Below, one piece after another: positions 32,175 to 43,513 of a stretch of 64,000 nt of DNA; within the stretch, counting starts at the first letter, position 1, and the number at the start of each line of letters is the position of its first letter. Position numbers and translations under genes: made by a program. Source of the DNA: Acidobacteriota bacterium (GTDB lineage Bacteria; Acidobacteriota; UBA890; WLXD01); NCBI GenBank assembly GCA_965205505.1, contig CBDBHB010000009.1, positions 1,504,001 to 1,568,000 on the forward strand, read 5' to 3'. The notes below the pieces were generated by a model. It was not told where the DNA came from. It ran no database searches and saw only the letters and a list, made by a program, of their open reading frames with translations.

Positions 32175-32318
32175 ATGATCGTTCCGAAGGACGCCCCGAT
32201 CTATGTTGCTGGCCATCGTGGCCTCGTTGGTTCCTGCGTTGTGCGGCATCTCGAAAAGAGGGGTTTTACCAACATATCGCGGAGCGCTTCTGAGGCAGGT
32301 AAGGCTGGTGCACAATGA
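32175..32318 (+). pseudogene. fcl: N-terminal fragment of GDP-L-fucose synthase
   Basis: [34 protein letters not shown] matches the Fcl/WcaG N-terminus, then diverges and stops after 47 aa. Confidence 0.75.
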
Positions 32319-32355
32319 CACCTGACCGAACCTCGGTCAGAACGTTGCTCCCCGG

Positions 32356-35085
32356 TCACTCGTATCGCAGCGCCTTTACTGGATCGACGCCGGCCGCGCG
32401 TCGGGCCGGAAGCCAAGTCGCTAGAGCGCCGGTTATCCCGAGCAACAACGCCGTGCCCGCCAGGGTCATCGGGTCGGTCGGTGTTACGCCATACAGTTGT
32501 GCGGCGATCGCGGGAGTGACCAGCCAGGACGCGCCGATGCCGATTGCCACGGCGACTCCGACCACAACGAGCACTTCGCCGAGCACCATCCGCGCCACCT
32601 GGGCGTTGCCGGCGCCGAGCGCCATGCGGATTCCCACCTCGCGTGTGCGCCGCTGCACCGAGAAGGCAACCACCGCATATAGCCCGAGGCTCGCAAGTGC
32701 GAGGCCCAGCAGACCGAATCCCGAGACCAGCGCTGTTCCCAACCGCGAAAGGGCCAACCCGTCGGACAAGTGTTCGTCCAGCGTCTTGAGCTCCAATGCA
32801 GTCAGCGCCGGGTTGATGGTCGCCAGCTCTGCACGCATCGCGGGCAACAGCGCGCTGGCATCGCGGGACGATCGTGCCATGAGGTACACGGCGGTGCCGG
32901 ATTGCTGGCCTAGCGATCGATAGAAAAGCGGCGTCGGTGCTTCGGTGAGGTCGCGGACCTTCACGTCTGCGACAACACCGACGATTTGTTGCCATCCATC
33001 AGGTACGCCCTGCCAACGAAAGCGTTCGCCGACCGCATCGCTGCGACCCCAGTAGGCGCGCGCCATGGCCTCGGATATCACCGCCACGGATGAGCTATCC
33101 GGCGTGTCTTCGGGCGCAAACGTGCGGCCGTGCAGTAACCGTATCTCGAGTGTTTCGAAGTACCCCGGCCCGGCGCTTGCACGTAGCACCTCGACAGAGT
33201 CGGTTCCCGTCGGGGGCGTGTAGCCGTCGATCACCAGTGTGCTGGAGCCGCCGAAGCCACGAACCGGCAGTTGGCCGGCGAGGGCGACGCTCTCGACGCC
33301 GGGAAGCGTCTCGTATCGGCGGCGAAGCTCCTCGAACAGCGGCACCGCCTCGGCAGCGTCATAGCCGGCGTGCTTGAAGTCGGTGGCGAGGAACGCGACG
33401 TTGTCCGGTATGGCGCCGAACCCGGCATCCACCGACGCGGAGTTGACCAGGCTGCGGGCAAACAGGCCGGCGGCGACCAGGATCACAAAGGAGACTGCCA
33501 CCTGGGCGACCACCAACAGGTTGCGCAAGGTGAATCGTCCACGATGAAATGACAGCGGCGTGCCCTCGTCGCGCAACGAGCCGACGACGTTGGCGCGCGC
33601 CAGCCGCAGCGCCGGCAACAGCCCGAACAGGAAGCCGGTCAACAACGACACCACCAACGTGAAAGCGAGTACGCGCAGGTCGGGGCGCAGGTCCATCGGT
33701 GCGGGCATGCCCAGCGGTAGCTGGGCGGCGCTGAAGGCTCGGGTCGCCCAAACTGCCAACAGCAGCCCCAGCGCGCCGCCGGTCAACGACAACACCACGC
33801 TCTCCGACAACATGTACAAGATCGCCCACGGGAGGCGCCCACAGCCAGTCGCACCGAAACCTCGCGGCCGCGCGTCGAGGCGCGAACCAGCAACAAGTTG
33901 GCGAGGTTGCTGCAGGCGATGACCAGCACTAGCCCGACGATGGTCATCAGGCCCGCCGCCAGCTGCAGGAGGTTGCCGTCGAACGAGGGGTGAAGGCGCA
34001 CAGCGCCCGCACCGAAGACGGTGATATCCCGCCCGGTGTTCATCTCCGGGAACTCGGCTGCCAACCGCGTCGCCAAGGCATCCATCGCAGCCTGCGCCTG
34101 GGGAGCCGTAATACCTTCTGCGAGCCGCGCCTTGACGATGAACCAGTGGTCGGCGCGGCGATCCAGCGTTGTGGCAGCGTATTCTCCCATCGTGTAGCGC
34201 ATGGTCGACAGCGAAAGCCACAAGTCGCGCCTGAAGCCGGGCATGATGCCGGTGTAGCCTGGAGGGCCGATGCCGACGATGGTGATCGGTGAGCCCACCA
34301 GGCGCACCTTTTTCCCCAGGATCTCCGGATCGCTGCCGAATCGCTCGCGCCAGGCGAGATGGCTCACGATCGCCACCGGCTCGCCGCCATCCACGTCCTC
34401 CTGCGGCAGAAACGCCCGACCGACGGTGGGGGCCAGGCCGAGCACGTCGAAGTAGTTCGACGTCACGTACTCCACCGCCACGCTCTCCACGCCATCGTCG
34501 TTCATGAGCGTGGCGTTGAAGGGCATGATGGCCGCCGCACCAGAGAAGATCTCTGCATGCGCCGCGATGTCGCGATATGCCGGGAACGAGCTCGAGGTCG
34601 GCTCGCCGTCATCCGAGTCCTGGTACACATCCACCAGCTCGGCCGGCCGAGCGAACGGCTGCGGACGTACCAACACGGCGTCGACGAAGGTGAACATCGC
34701 GGCATTGGCGCCGATTCCGAGGCCAATAATGACGACCGCGGTAACGCTGAAGAACGGGTGCCTTGACCAGTCGTCGCGCCGCCTGTCGGAGCTCGCGAAG
34801 CGTAGTGTCGATCATTTCGAATCGTTCCCGGGGAGTGGGCTTGTCAGAAAGAGGCGCTGGGTGGTGCAGAGGGCTGCGGTGTTGCCATCGGCGGGTGCGT
34901 TCGGCGAACGCGTTACGCACCAAGTCGTCGAAGGCGAACGCCCAGAAGGATGCGCTGGCAAAAGGCTGTGCCCGCCGCCGAGCACGGTTGTGCTGCACGC
35001 GGAGCAGATCGAGCATGGCGGCGCCGTACTCGCGTCGGAAGGGGCGTGGGTAAGCGAGCAGCAACACGCGGTAGAGCAGCTCCAT
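32356..35085 (-). CDS. ADOP-family duplicated MacB/FtsX ABC permease, frameshifted near 34765 and 33825
   Basis: LLLAYPRPFRREYG N-terminus, LGIGAN, IACSNLANLLL, RRTREVGIRMALGA and PARRAAGVDPVKALRYE, spread over three ORF-track frames. Confidence 0.85.
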
Positions 35086-35435
35086 CAGACGTTGCCCGAT
35101 AGCACGTGACGGCGCTTGGCGACATCGACGATACGTGCCAGGCGCGCCGCCTCCGCCTGCAGCACCTCGAGGCCGATGTCGGTCAACCGGTAGTATTTGC
35201 GGCGCGGATCGTCGCCGGATTCCGCCGAGCCGACCTGTTCCACCAGCCGCGCCGCGGCCATCTCTTTCAGCGACCGGTACAGCGTGCCGGGGCCGAGCCG
35301 GATCTCTCCTCCGGTCTCCCTCTCGATGGCGTCGGCGATGCCCAGCCCATGCAGTTGGCCGGGGCTCAGAGCCAGCAGGATGTGCAGCACCGCCGGCTTG
35401 AGCGGCGAGATAGTCGGTAGCTTACCGTAGGTCAT
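35085..35435 (-). CDS. PadR-family transcriptional regulator
   Basis: HILLAL...HGLGI...GPGTLYRSL...RRKYYRLT; abuts the ADOP permease. Confidence 0.92.
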   Translation of the reverse strand: MTYGKLPTISPLKPAVLHILLALSPGQLHGLGIADAIERETGGEIRLGPGTLYRSLKEMAAARLVEQVGSAESGDDPRRKYYRLTDIGLEVLQAEAARLARIVDVAKRRHVLSGNV

Positions 35436-35471
35436 ACGCTGTCTTGTTGCTCGGTGGTGGGGAGAATGATT

Positions 35472-35501
35472 TATCCAATATAGATATATCCAATTCGGAT
35501 A
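35472..35501. promoter_or_regulatory. Putative PadR operator: two tandem 15 bp imperfect palindromes TATC-N7-GATA
   Basis: TATCCAATATAGATA and TATCCAATTCGGATA in an AT-rich patch ~37-66 bp upstream of padR. Confidence 0.6.
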
Positions 35502-35637
35502 ACTTGCAAGCACCGAGCGAAATGGCTGTAGAGATGGTGGTGACCGAGGTCGCGAACAGCCCGCTGGCCGCGACGTGACGCTGCGCCTCGCGCTCCGCGG
35601 AATGGACGCCCCACGGCCCTGCTAGCATGGTCGGGCC

Positions 35638-37233
35638 ATGAGCAACGATCGCCGTCACGAGATTCCCGACCTGCTGCAGCAGGCCGGTGGCCTGACCGAG
35701 GGAACAGCGCGCCGGATTGCCGAAGAGACCGGCATCCCGGAAGCCGACATCTATGGGGTCGGCAGCTTCTACCACATGCTCGCGAGGCCGGACGCCAAGG
35801 TACGCGTCTGCACCGGGCTGTCGTGTCAGATGGCGGGCGCCGACAAGGTGCTCCGAGCTGCCGAGTTAGCCGGGCTGCCCGTTGAGGGCTGCTCGTGCCT
35901 CGCCGGCTGTGATGTTCCGCCGGCGGTGCTGCGAGACCGCAGGGTGCTGCCGAGCGTCAGCATCGAGGATATCCACGCGGCCGATGGCGACTGGGAACAG
36001 CTCCGCGCCGCCGCCAACGTCCCTGACGAGCACTGGCTCGGATACGTGGGCCCGGAGATCGACGATCCGGACACCCTGGCGTGCAATCTTCTGGGCGCAC
36101 CGGACTACAGCGGCAGCGCCTTCGCGCTGGCAGCGGAGATGGGTGCCGAAGCGGTGGTTACGGCGATCGAGGAATCCGGCCTGCAGGGCCGTGGCGGCGC
36201 CGGCTTTCCAGCCCATATCAAGTGGAAGGGGACTCGTAGTCAGGCGGAGACTACGCGCTACGTGGTGTTGAACGCCGACGAGGGCGAGCCCGGTACGTTC
36301 AAGGATCGCGAGGTCATGCAGCGCCGGCCCGACAAGGTGCTCGAGGGGCTGGCGATTGCCGCCAAAGCCATCGAGTCGACCGAGGTCTATTTGTACTTGC
36401 GTGGCGAGTTCGAGATCCCGTGGAAGGTCATCGAGGAGGCCATCCAGCGATACAAGGACAGCGGCGTACTCGGCGATGTCAACTTCCACATGCATGCCGG
36501 CAACGGCGCCTATATCTGCGGCGAGGAGACAGCGTTGCTGGAGGCGCTCGAGGGTAAGCGCGGCATGCCGCGTTTGAAGCCTCCGTTTCCGGTCGAGTTC
36601 GGCTTGTGGGGCAAGCCGACGTTGATGCACAACGTCGAGACCATCGCCTGCGTGCCGTCGATCATCGAGCGCGGCGGCGAGTGGTTCCGCCAATTGGGTC
36701 GCGATGAAGCGGGCAGCAAGCTCTATTGCATCAGCGGACACGTCGCCAGGCCGGGCACGTACGAGCTGCCGCTCGGGGTGACGCTCGACGAGCTGGTCGA
36801 GGCCGCCGGCGGCTATGTTGGCGAGTTCAAGGCGTTCAGTCCCGGCGGTGCCAGCTCTGGGTTCCTGCCGCCGTCCGAGCGCGGCCGGCCGCTCGCCTTC
36901 AAACCCCTCGGCGAAGTGGGCTCAATGCTCGGCTCAGCTGGCGTGGTGGTACTCAACGCCACCGTCGACATGCGCGACGCGGTGCGCTCGCAGCTGGTGT
37001 TCTTCGAGGCCGAAAGCTGCGGGCAGTGTGCGCCATGCCGCATCGGCACGCGCTATTTACGTATAGGATTAGACAAGCACATGGACGGCAACGGCGCTTC
37101 GGCCGACGCGCTACTTCACGTCGCCGACGCCGCATGGCAGATGAACGAAGGGTCGATCTGTGGGCTGGGCCAGGCCGCCCCATTGCCGCTGACGCTGGCG
37201 CTAGAGCATTTCCCAGAGGATTTCGAGGCATGA
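35638..37233 (+). CDS. Fused NuoE-like/NuoF-like NAD(H)/FMN-binding subunit of a cytoplasmic formate dehydrogenase
   Basis: CTGLSC...CLAGC 2Fe-2S site; GRGGAGF, NADEGEPGTFKDR, GAYICGEETAL and ESCGQCAPCRIG...SICGLG; ATGA overlap with the alpha subunit. Confidence 0.9.
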   Translation: MSNDRRHEIPDLLQQAGGLTEGTARRIAEETGIPEADIYGVGSFYHMLARPDAKVRVCTGLSCQMAGADKVLRAAELAGLPVEGCSCLAGCDVPPAVLRDRRVLPSVSIEDIHAADGDWEQLRAAANVPDEHWLGYVGPEIDDPDTLACNLLGAPDYSGSAFALAAEMGAEAVVTAIEESGLQGRGGAGFPAHIKWKGTRSQAETTRYVVLNADEGEPGTFKDREVMQRRPDKVLEGLAIAAKAIESTEVYLYLRGEFEIPWKVIEEAIQRYKDSGVLGDVNFHMHAGNGAYICGEETALLEALEGKRGMPRLKPPFPVEFGLWGKPTLMHNVETIACVPSIIERGGEWFRQLGRDEAGSKLYCISGHVARPGTYELPLGVTLDELVEAAGGYVGEFKAFSPGGASSGFLPPSERGRPLAFKPLGEVGSMLGSAGVVVLNATVDMRDAVRSQLVFFEAESCGQCAPCRIGTRYLRIGLDKHMDGNGASADALLHVADAAWQMNEGSICGLGQAAPLPLTLALEHFPEDFEA

Positions 37234-40109
37234 GCGACGACACGATCAAGCTCAACGGTCGCGAGTACGCGTTCACGCGAGGCGAGACCGTGCTCGACGT
37301 CGCCGCCCGTCACGACATCTATATCCCGACGCTGTGCCATGATCCGCGGCTCGACCCGGCCGGCGCCTGTCGTACCTGCCTGGTCGAGATCGACGGCTGG
37401 CGCAAGCTTCCCCCCGCCTGTGCAACCGTGGCGACGGCGGGCATGGAAATCACCACCGAGAACCCGCGTATCGACCGTCATCGCAAGACTTTGCTCGGGC
37501 TCTACATGACCGACCATCCGGGCACCCGCGAGGAGGCCGAGCCCGGCGCCCGCAACGAGCTGTTCGACATGGCGGTGAAGTACGACGCACCGACCGATTG
37601 GGGGTACATGGAACCGGTGCGCACGGCGCGGCCCGATGACCGCAACCCTTACATCAACTTCGATCCGGATTTGTGCATTCTGTGCGCGCGCTGCGTGCGC
37701 TACTGCGACGAGATCGAGGGCGTAACGGCGATTACGCTGGCCAACCGTGGCTCCGAGACCACCATCTCGACGGTCGACGAGCTGTCGCTCATGGACACCA
37801 CCTGTGAGCTCTGCGGCGGCTGCATCGACGTCTGCCCGACCGGGGCGATGGGCGAAAAGATGCCGCTCATCCGCGGTCACAAGCCCGAGCGCGAGCTCAC
37901 CAAGGTGCGCAGCACCTGCAACTTCTGCGGCGTTGGTTGCCAGCTCGACCTCAACGTCGATCCGGAAGGCCGCGACGGCATGGGCAGTCTGGTCAAGGTC
38001 ACCAGCCCGCCGGTGGGTACCACGACCAACGATGGCAACCTGTGCGTGAAGGGCCGCTTCGCCTACGACTTCGTGCATCACGAGGACCGTCTGACCACGC
38101 CGATGGTGCGTGGCGACGACGGCGAGATGCACGAGGCCAGCTGGGATGAGGCGCTCGAGGCTGCGGCGGCCGGGCTACTCGGGGTCAAGGAGCGGCACGG
38201 GTCCGACGGCCTCGGTTTCGTTTCGTCGTCGCGCTGCACCATGGAAGAGAACTTCCTGGTGCAGAAGATGGCGCGAGCGGTGTTCGGGACGAACAACGTG
38301 CATCAATGCGCTGCCACGTGACACGCCCCCACCGTGGCCGGTCTGGTCACAACGTTCGGCGCCGGCGCGATGACCAACTCCATCGGCGAGATCCGCGACG
38401 CCGACTTCCTGTTCGTCATCGGTAGCAATACCTCCGAAGCGCACCCGATCATCGCCATGGAGATGAAGCAGGCGGTGCGTCGCGGCGCCACCATGGTGGT
38501 GGCCGATCCGCGCTCGATCTGGATGGCGTCGATCGCCGAGAAGCACCTGCAGCTGCGCCCCGGCACCGATGTGTGGCTGCTCAACTCGATTGCCAACGTC
38601 ATCGTTACCGAGGGCCTCGTCGACCAGGAGTTCATCGACTCCAACACCGAGGATTGGGAGTCGGTGCGCGATACCGTGCTGCGCTACCCGCCCGAGGAAG
38701 CGGAGAAGGTCACCGGTATACCTGCCGAGGACATCCGCTGGACGGCGCGACGCTACGCCACCACCAAGAAGGCGGGTATCTACTACACGCTCGGCATCAC
38801 CGAGCACTCGCACGGCACCGACAACGTCTACTGCCTCGCCAACCTCGTGCTGATGACCGGCCACCTGGGCAAGCCGTCGTCCGGCATGAACCCGCTGCGC
38901 GGTCAGAACAATGTGCAGGGTGCCAACGACGCCGGCGCGACGCCGATCTACCTGCCGGGCTACCAGCGCGTCGACGACCCCGAGGTGCACGCCAAGTACG
39001 AGAAGTCGTGGGGCGTGAAGCTGTCGCCCGACCCCGGTATGAACCTCAACATCATGATGAAAGAGGTGGGCAAGCGTATCAAAGGCATGTTCGTCATGGG
39101 CGAGGACATCGTGTTGTCGGAGCCCAATGTCAAGCATCTCGAGGAAGGGCTCAACAACATCGACTTCCTGGTCTACCAGGACATCTTTCTCAACGAGACC
39201 GCCCGTTTCGCCGACGTGATCCTACCGGCCGCGGTGTTTGCCGAGAAGGAGGGCACGTTCACCAATTCAGAGCGCCGCGTGCAGCGCGTACGCAAGGCGG
39301 TGGAGCCGCCGGGGATGGCGCGCCCCGACTGGGAGATCATCAGAAATCTTGCCAATGCCGCCGGCGCTTCGTGGAACTACGAGAGCGCGGCCGAGGTCTA
39401 CGACGAGCTCGCCCGCGATACCCACCAGTTCGCCGGCATCAGCCACGCCCGCATCGATGCCGAGGCGCATCGCGGCAAGACGGGTATCCAGTGGCCCTGC
39501 CCGGATCCGCAACACCCGGGAACGGAGTTCTTGCACGAGGGTGGCGCGCTGCGCGGCAAGGCACTCTTCGTTGCCGCCGACTACCGCCCGTCGATGGAAG
39601 TCGAAGACGAGGACTACGGGCTGCTGCTGTCAACCGGGCGCACGCTGTACCACTACAACTGCGCTACCCAGACACGCCGTGAGACCGGCCTGCACATGAA
39701 GCAGTCGGAGCCGTTCGTCGAGATCCACCGGCGCGATGCCCGCAAGCGCGGCATCGAACATGGTGACCTCATCGAAGTGTCGACTCGCCGCGGCGCCGTC
39801 CAGGTGCGCGCCATCGTCTCGCGCCAGGTGCGCCCGGGCTGTATCTGGATGCCGCTGCACTTTGCCGAGGCACGCGCCAACCTGCTCACCAACGACGCCG
39901 GCGATCCGGTCACCCAGACGGCCGAGTACAAGGTTTGCGCCGCGGAGATCACCAAGGTCGCATCGGCGACCGAGCCCGAGCGCTCCGAGCTGTTCCCCGG
40001 CACCTACTACGGCATCCAGGGTCCCGGCTACAACGTCACCGAGTTCAACGGTGGCGCGGTGGAGGTTCCCGCCCCGGTGCTGCACAGCCCCGGCCGCGGC
40101 GACGGCTGA
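37230..40109 (+). CDS. fdhF: Selenocysteine-containing formate dehydrogenase alpha subunit with NuoG-like N-terminus, UGA/Sec at 38319-38321
   Basis: IPTLCH..GACRTCLV, CILCARC, CELCGGCIDVCP, CNFCGVGC, then NNVHQCAAT-UGA-HAPTVAGLVTTFGAGAMTN in frame; RGQNNVQG. About 959 aa, no signal peptide. Confidence 0.9.
38322..38350 (+). promoter_or_regulatory. Bacterial SECIS element of the fdhF-type gene
   Basis: UGA + CACGCCCCCACC + stem-loop GUGGCCG-GUC-UGGUCAC. Confidence 0.85.
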
Positions 40110-40251
40110 TCGACCGACGCCGGCCAGCTCCGCGACATGGCCTGTTCTCACGATCCCCGGTAGCCCTTGCCGCCGGGTTCGTTAGCTGTTCCTCGCTCGG
40201 CAAGAGCGCAGCGGCGTGCGCACCCGCATGATCCGGGTCGGTCCGTGGCCC

Positions 40252-40421
40252 TCAGGCAACAACCAGTTCGACGCGGCAGCGGATGCCCGGGATTCTCGCC
40301 AGCGCCGAGTCGCAGGTAAGCAGGGTTGCTTCCAGACCTTCCGCCAGAGCGATGTACGTGGCGTCATAGGCGCTGGCATTGTCGCGAAGCTCCCAGATCC
40401 GCTCCAGCAGGTGGCGACCAT
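40252..40421 (-). pseudogene. vapC: C-terminal half of a VapC/PIN-domain toxin (remnant)
   Basis: HLLERIWELRDNASAYDATYIALAEGLEATLLTCDSALAR contains the YDAxY-ALA and T-x-D PIN motifs. The N-terminal half is absent. Confidence 0.75.
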
Positions 40422-40491
40422 ATACAGTACGTTTCTCCTGGACTACCAGCCCTCGTCAAGGGTGCACGTGAGTGGGCGGGAGCGCGGCACG

Positions 40492-43335
40492 CTAGCGCTC
40501 GGGTTGTCGCCCATCCTTCGATAGCTCCAAGCCCAACGTCTTGCCTTTCTCGATCGCAGGGATGCCCTCCGCCAGCCATCTCGGTGCCGGTGCTCCTTTC
40601 AGGTAGTGGTCGAAGAACTGCTGCATGCGGATGTTCCAGTCGACCTTGTTGGCGTGCGTCGTGGGCCAATGGGGCTCGCCGTTGTAGTTGATTAGCCAGG
40701 CGGGCTTGCCGAGCCGTCGCAGGGCCACGAACATCTCGATGCCCTGCTCCCAGGGCACGGCGCTATCGTGGTCGTTGTGCATCATCATCAAAGGAGTCTC
40801 GATCTTGTCGGCCCAGAAGAGCGGCGAATTCTCCAGGTAGCGCATGGGCGCTTCCCAGAGGGTGGCGCCGAGCCGGCTCTGCGTTTTCTCGTACTGGAAC
40901 ATGCGGCTCATGCCGGTGCCCCAGCGGATGCCGCCGTAGGCCGAGGTCATGTTGGCGACCACGGCACCGCCGGCGGCGGCCTTGAAGATGTTGGTCTTGG
41001 TGACCATGTAGGCGATCTGGTAGCCGCCCCATGAGTGCCCCTGCACACCGATGTTGTGTTCGTCGACGTAGCCCCGGTCGATCATGTGGAGCACGCCGGA
41101 GACGACGTCCTTGAGGGCGCTCTCGCCGGGGTAGCCGACTTGGTAGGTGATGTCGGGGGTGAACACCACATAGCCACGCGAAGCGTAGAACCCCTGACGA
41201 ATCACCGAGCGATGTGGTGTCGGTGGGTGGTGCTGGTGCAGGTTGTCGGCGTTGCGCTCATAGAAGGTCACCAGCAGCGGGTACTTGTTCGATGGGTTGA
41301 AGTCGGCCGGCTTGTGGATCAGCCCCTCGAGTCGCTCGCCGTCGAGCGAGCGCCAGGTGGTGAGCTCGGCGGTGGCCCAGTTGTAGTCGCCCTGCTGTGG
41401 GTTGGCGTCGCTGACCTGGCGAGCATCGGTCATGCCGAGATCGCTGATCCACAGGTCGGCGAACTCGTCGACGCTCTCGCGGGTGAACAGTAGGGTGTCG
41501 GCCTCGGCCGCCTTGGCGGGTCGGCCGTAACGGTGCGGCGAGTCGACCAGCACGGACGGCTCGCCCACGCCGTCGATCCGGTGGCGCCAGAAGCCGGCGT
41601 TCTTCGTTTCCTCGTTGAACGCTGACAGCAGCAGCGGGACGGCAGGATCAAACGTCTCCCGCTCGGGATCTAGCGGCACGATCCTCAGCCGCGTGGCGGA
41701 CGCACGGCCGGTGCCGTCGGTTATCGGAAGCGGCTCCGCTTCGCCACTCGGATCGAGCGCCCAGACGTCATAGCGGTCGTAGACGAGAGCGCTCCCGTCA
41801 TCGGTCCAGCCGGCGAAGCCGTGCGGCTGCGGACGGTACGCCCAGTCGTGCCGCTCGTCGTGGAACGGCTCGTCGAGCTCGTGGGTGAGCTCGACGCAGG
41901 TTGGCGGCGCGCCTGTCGTAGCCCCGGTCCACGAGCATCCCCGCCAGCCCAATCCGCGGTCGTCCCAGAGCAGCGCGTGATGGCCGTCGGGGGCGAGCTC
42001 GAACGCGCCTTGGTGTGCGCCGCTGATCTTGCGTCGCGCTCCGGTGTTCGTTTCGATCACATAGTGGTCGTGGATGCGCGGCGAATCCCAGGAGATCTCC
42101 TTGCGGTAGGGGACGCCGGACTCCCCGTGTAGGAACGAGTCGTCGTCGCCCACGGGCTCCGCGTCGGGGACCTCTGGATCGGCGAGCTGCACCACGTGGC
42201 CGTCGTCGAGGTGGACGACGGCGAGGTAGGTCCGCTTGGCTTCCTCCTCGGCCTGAAGAAGCTGCATGGGCTGCAGTAGCGGATCCTGCCAGTGCCAGAC
42301 ATCGACGACCACCTTCTCTTCGTCGAGCAGCTCCGCCGCTTCGGGCTCGGCCGGCGGGCTTGGCGCTGTCCCGAAGTAGAGTCGCTCGCCGTCACGCGAG
42401 TACTCCGGTCCACGGTGCTCGCTTACCGACCAGCCGGTCGGTAGACCGGCCGTACCGGCGGCGGCTAGCCGACGGGCCTCGCCGCCGCCGTCCCAGCCGT
42501 AGACGGCGAACTCGGGCTGGTCGGCCTCACGGTCGTCCCGATCTGTCAAGAACGCGACCTGACTCCCGGCGTCGTCAAGAGCTAGCTGCGTATAACGTCC
42601 GGCACCCTGGAGCGCGGTCGCGATGTCGCCGTTGCCGGTTCGCAGCACGAACGCGCCGTCTGCTGCTCCATCGACCGTCGAGGTGAGGTAGGCGAGCAGC
42701 GCGCCGTCGTCGGAGGCGGCGTATTCGGCGACGCTCTCGAGCCGGGTCTCGACGCCGCTGTCGAGATCTCGGTACACGAGCGGCGAGCCCGTGGTTTTGT
42801 CGCCGTCGTCGGGCTCGCTGCCGGTGCCGGTGCCGGTGTCGTTGTCGGTCTCGTCGTCTGTGGCATCGGGTGCCTCCTCGAGAAGGTACGCTACCCAGCC
42901 GCCGGCTTTCTCCGGCAGGGCGAACGACTTAACGCTCTCGACTCGTGAGATCGTCCCGGTCGACAGGTCGATAATGCCGAGCTCCGCCCTCGGCTTATCG
43001 TCGCCGTCGAGGCGCGCACGCCGAGCCTCTTCCTTGGCGGGCTGAACCAGCGCCACGACGTGACCACCGGCGGCGGAAAAGCGGGCGTCCGTTGCACGTG
43101 GAAGTCGCATCTCGCGGTCGTCCGTCAGGCTGCGCACGACGAGCTCCGGGTCGCCGTTCTGGAGGGTGAGCCGGTACATCACCCAGCGGCCGTCACGCGA
43201 CAGAGCCTCGTCGGCGATGCCGTGCCAGATCTCGTAGGCGCCGTGATCGAGTGGCCTCGTCGCCTGCGCCAAGGCGTCGGATCGAGTCAACAACAGTGCG
43301 AGGCCAATGACGATCACGGCTAGGCGACGATTCAT
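40492..43335 (-). CDS. Secreted S9 family (prolyl oligopeptidase-like) peptidase
   Basis: Signal peptide, propeller region, GHSWGG nucleophile, HNDHDSAV and GEPH motifs. Confidence 0.92.
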   Translation of the reverse strand: MNRRLAVIVIGLALLLTRSDALAQATRPLDHGAYEIWHGIADEALSRDGRWVMYRLTLQNGDPELVVRSLTDDREMRLPRATDARFSAAGGHVVALVQPAKEEARRARLDGDDKPRAELGIIDLSTGTISRVESVKSFALPEKAGGWVAYLLEEAPDATDDETDNDTGTGTGSEPDDGDKTTGSPLVYRDLDSGVETRLESVAEYAASDDGALLAYLTSTVDGAADGAFVLRTGNGDIATALQGAGRYTQLALDDAGSQVAFLTDRDDREADQPEFAVYGWDGGGEARRLAAAGTAGLPTGWSVSEHRGPEYSRDGERLYFGTAPSPPAEPEAAELLDEEKVVVDVWHWQDPLLQPMQLLQAEEEAKRTYLAVVHLDDGHVVQLADPEVPDAEPVGDDDSFLHGESGVPYRKEISWDSPRIHDHYVIETNTGARRKISGAHQGAFELAPDGHHALLWDDRGLGWRGCSWTGATTGAPPTCVELTHELDEPFHDERHDWAYRPQPHGFAGWTDDGSALVYDRYDVWALDPSGEAEPLPITDGTGRASATRLRIVPLDPERETFDPAVPLLLSAFNEETKNAGFWRHRIDGVGEPSVLVDSPHRYGRPAKAAEADTLLFTRESVDEFADLWISDLGMTDARQVSDANPQQGDYNWATAELTTWRSLDGERLEGLIHKPADFNPSNKYPLLVTFYERNADNLHQHHPPTPHRSVIRQGFYASRGYVVFTPDITYQVGYPGESALKDVVSGVLHMIDRGYVDEHNIGVQGHSWGGYQIAYMVTKTNIFKAAAGGAVVANMTSAYGGIRWGTGMSRMFQYEKTQSRLGATLWEAPMRYLENSPLFWADKIETPLMMMHNDHDSAVPWEQGIEMFVALRRLGKPAWLINYNGEPHWPTTHANKVDWNIRMQQFFDHYLKGAPAPRWLAEGIPAIEKGKTLGLELSKDGRQPER

Positions 43336-43513
43336 CGAGTATCTCTCCGGCGGTTGTCGGTGGATGGGCGTACCCATGTTGCCGGCGAGCCGGCCTTACA
43401 GCAACGTGGTAGAAGTTAGCGGTCGGCGCCATGCGCCTGTGACTTCCGCACCAACTCGCACTGAGCCGGGGCCTGTCTGCGACACCCGGCGGCTCATGAG
43501 AGGACACATTTCG

